Positions 63,665-64,000 of a DNA stretch of 64,000 nucleotides are shown here, piece by piece. The stretch's first letter is position 1; the number at the start of each line of letters is the position of its first letter. Location of the stretch: positions 26,598,001 to 26,662,000 of the forward strand of contig OZ024754.1 of NCBI GenBank assembly GCA_964016885.1, read 5' to 3'. The notes beneath the pieces are model-generated. The model ran no database searches. It worked only from the letters and a program-made list of their open reading frames with translations, and was not told the DNA's origin. Both the position numbers and the translations under genes were made by a program. This DNA is from Eledone cirrhosa (taxonomy: Eukaryota).

Positions 63665-64000
63665 ACAATCTATTACTCCCTCGCTCTCTTTACACACACA
63701 CACACACATATATATGTATATATATTTAAAAGAATAGTGGTGTAACACACGAGTTGTGATATATTAGTAAAAGGAAAAGAAAATGCTGACAAATTGTTCC
63801 CAGTGAAAAATAGTTTAATTAGGAATAAGTAAAAATTAGTAATAGTATTGGTTAGTATTCAGTTTTAGTTTTAAGTTTTTACCGGTTGCGCATTTCTAAT
63901 GCTTTTCAAACATAATTTTGAGATAGAGCGCCCGTGATGTTTATATATATATACATATACATATACATAAATCAGGATGGAATAAGTTAGAAACTGGTTA

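Overview
AT-rich, repeat-saturated eukaryotic (animal) DNA with no confidently identifiable host protein-coding gene. The microsatellite load and the SINE/LINE content resemble a cephalopod (Octopus-like) genome, which is an inference only. Most ORFs in the track are translations of microsatellites. Real content: (i) a near-intact Penelope-like element (PLE; RT+GIY-YIG, 794 aa) and remnants of several other PLE families, almost all in (TA)n; (ii) a full-length Tx1/L1-clade LINE (ORF1+ORF2) inside (TCTA)n; (iii) a decayed R4/Dong-type LINE inside (TATG)n; (iv) CR1-like, RTE and CRE fragments, tRNA-derived SINEs, two hAT MITEs with 8-bp TSDs, and non-autonomous Helitrons; (v) two large satellites (35-bp unit, ~5.9 kb; 43-bp unit, ~9 kb). 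The most interesting hidden signal is a set of hammerhead-ribozyme-like motifs from about eight unrelated repeat families, including unusual core variants. Several sit in fold-back PLE-like inserts whose inverted arm stops at an internal AT-rich point (the same point in both families with a second copy), pointing to a stereotyped twin-priming mechanism in (TA)n targets. All structures were read by eye and not computed.
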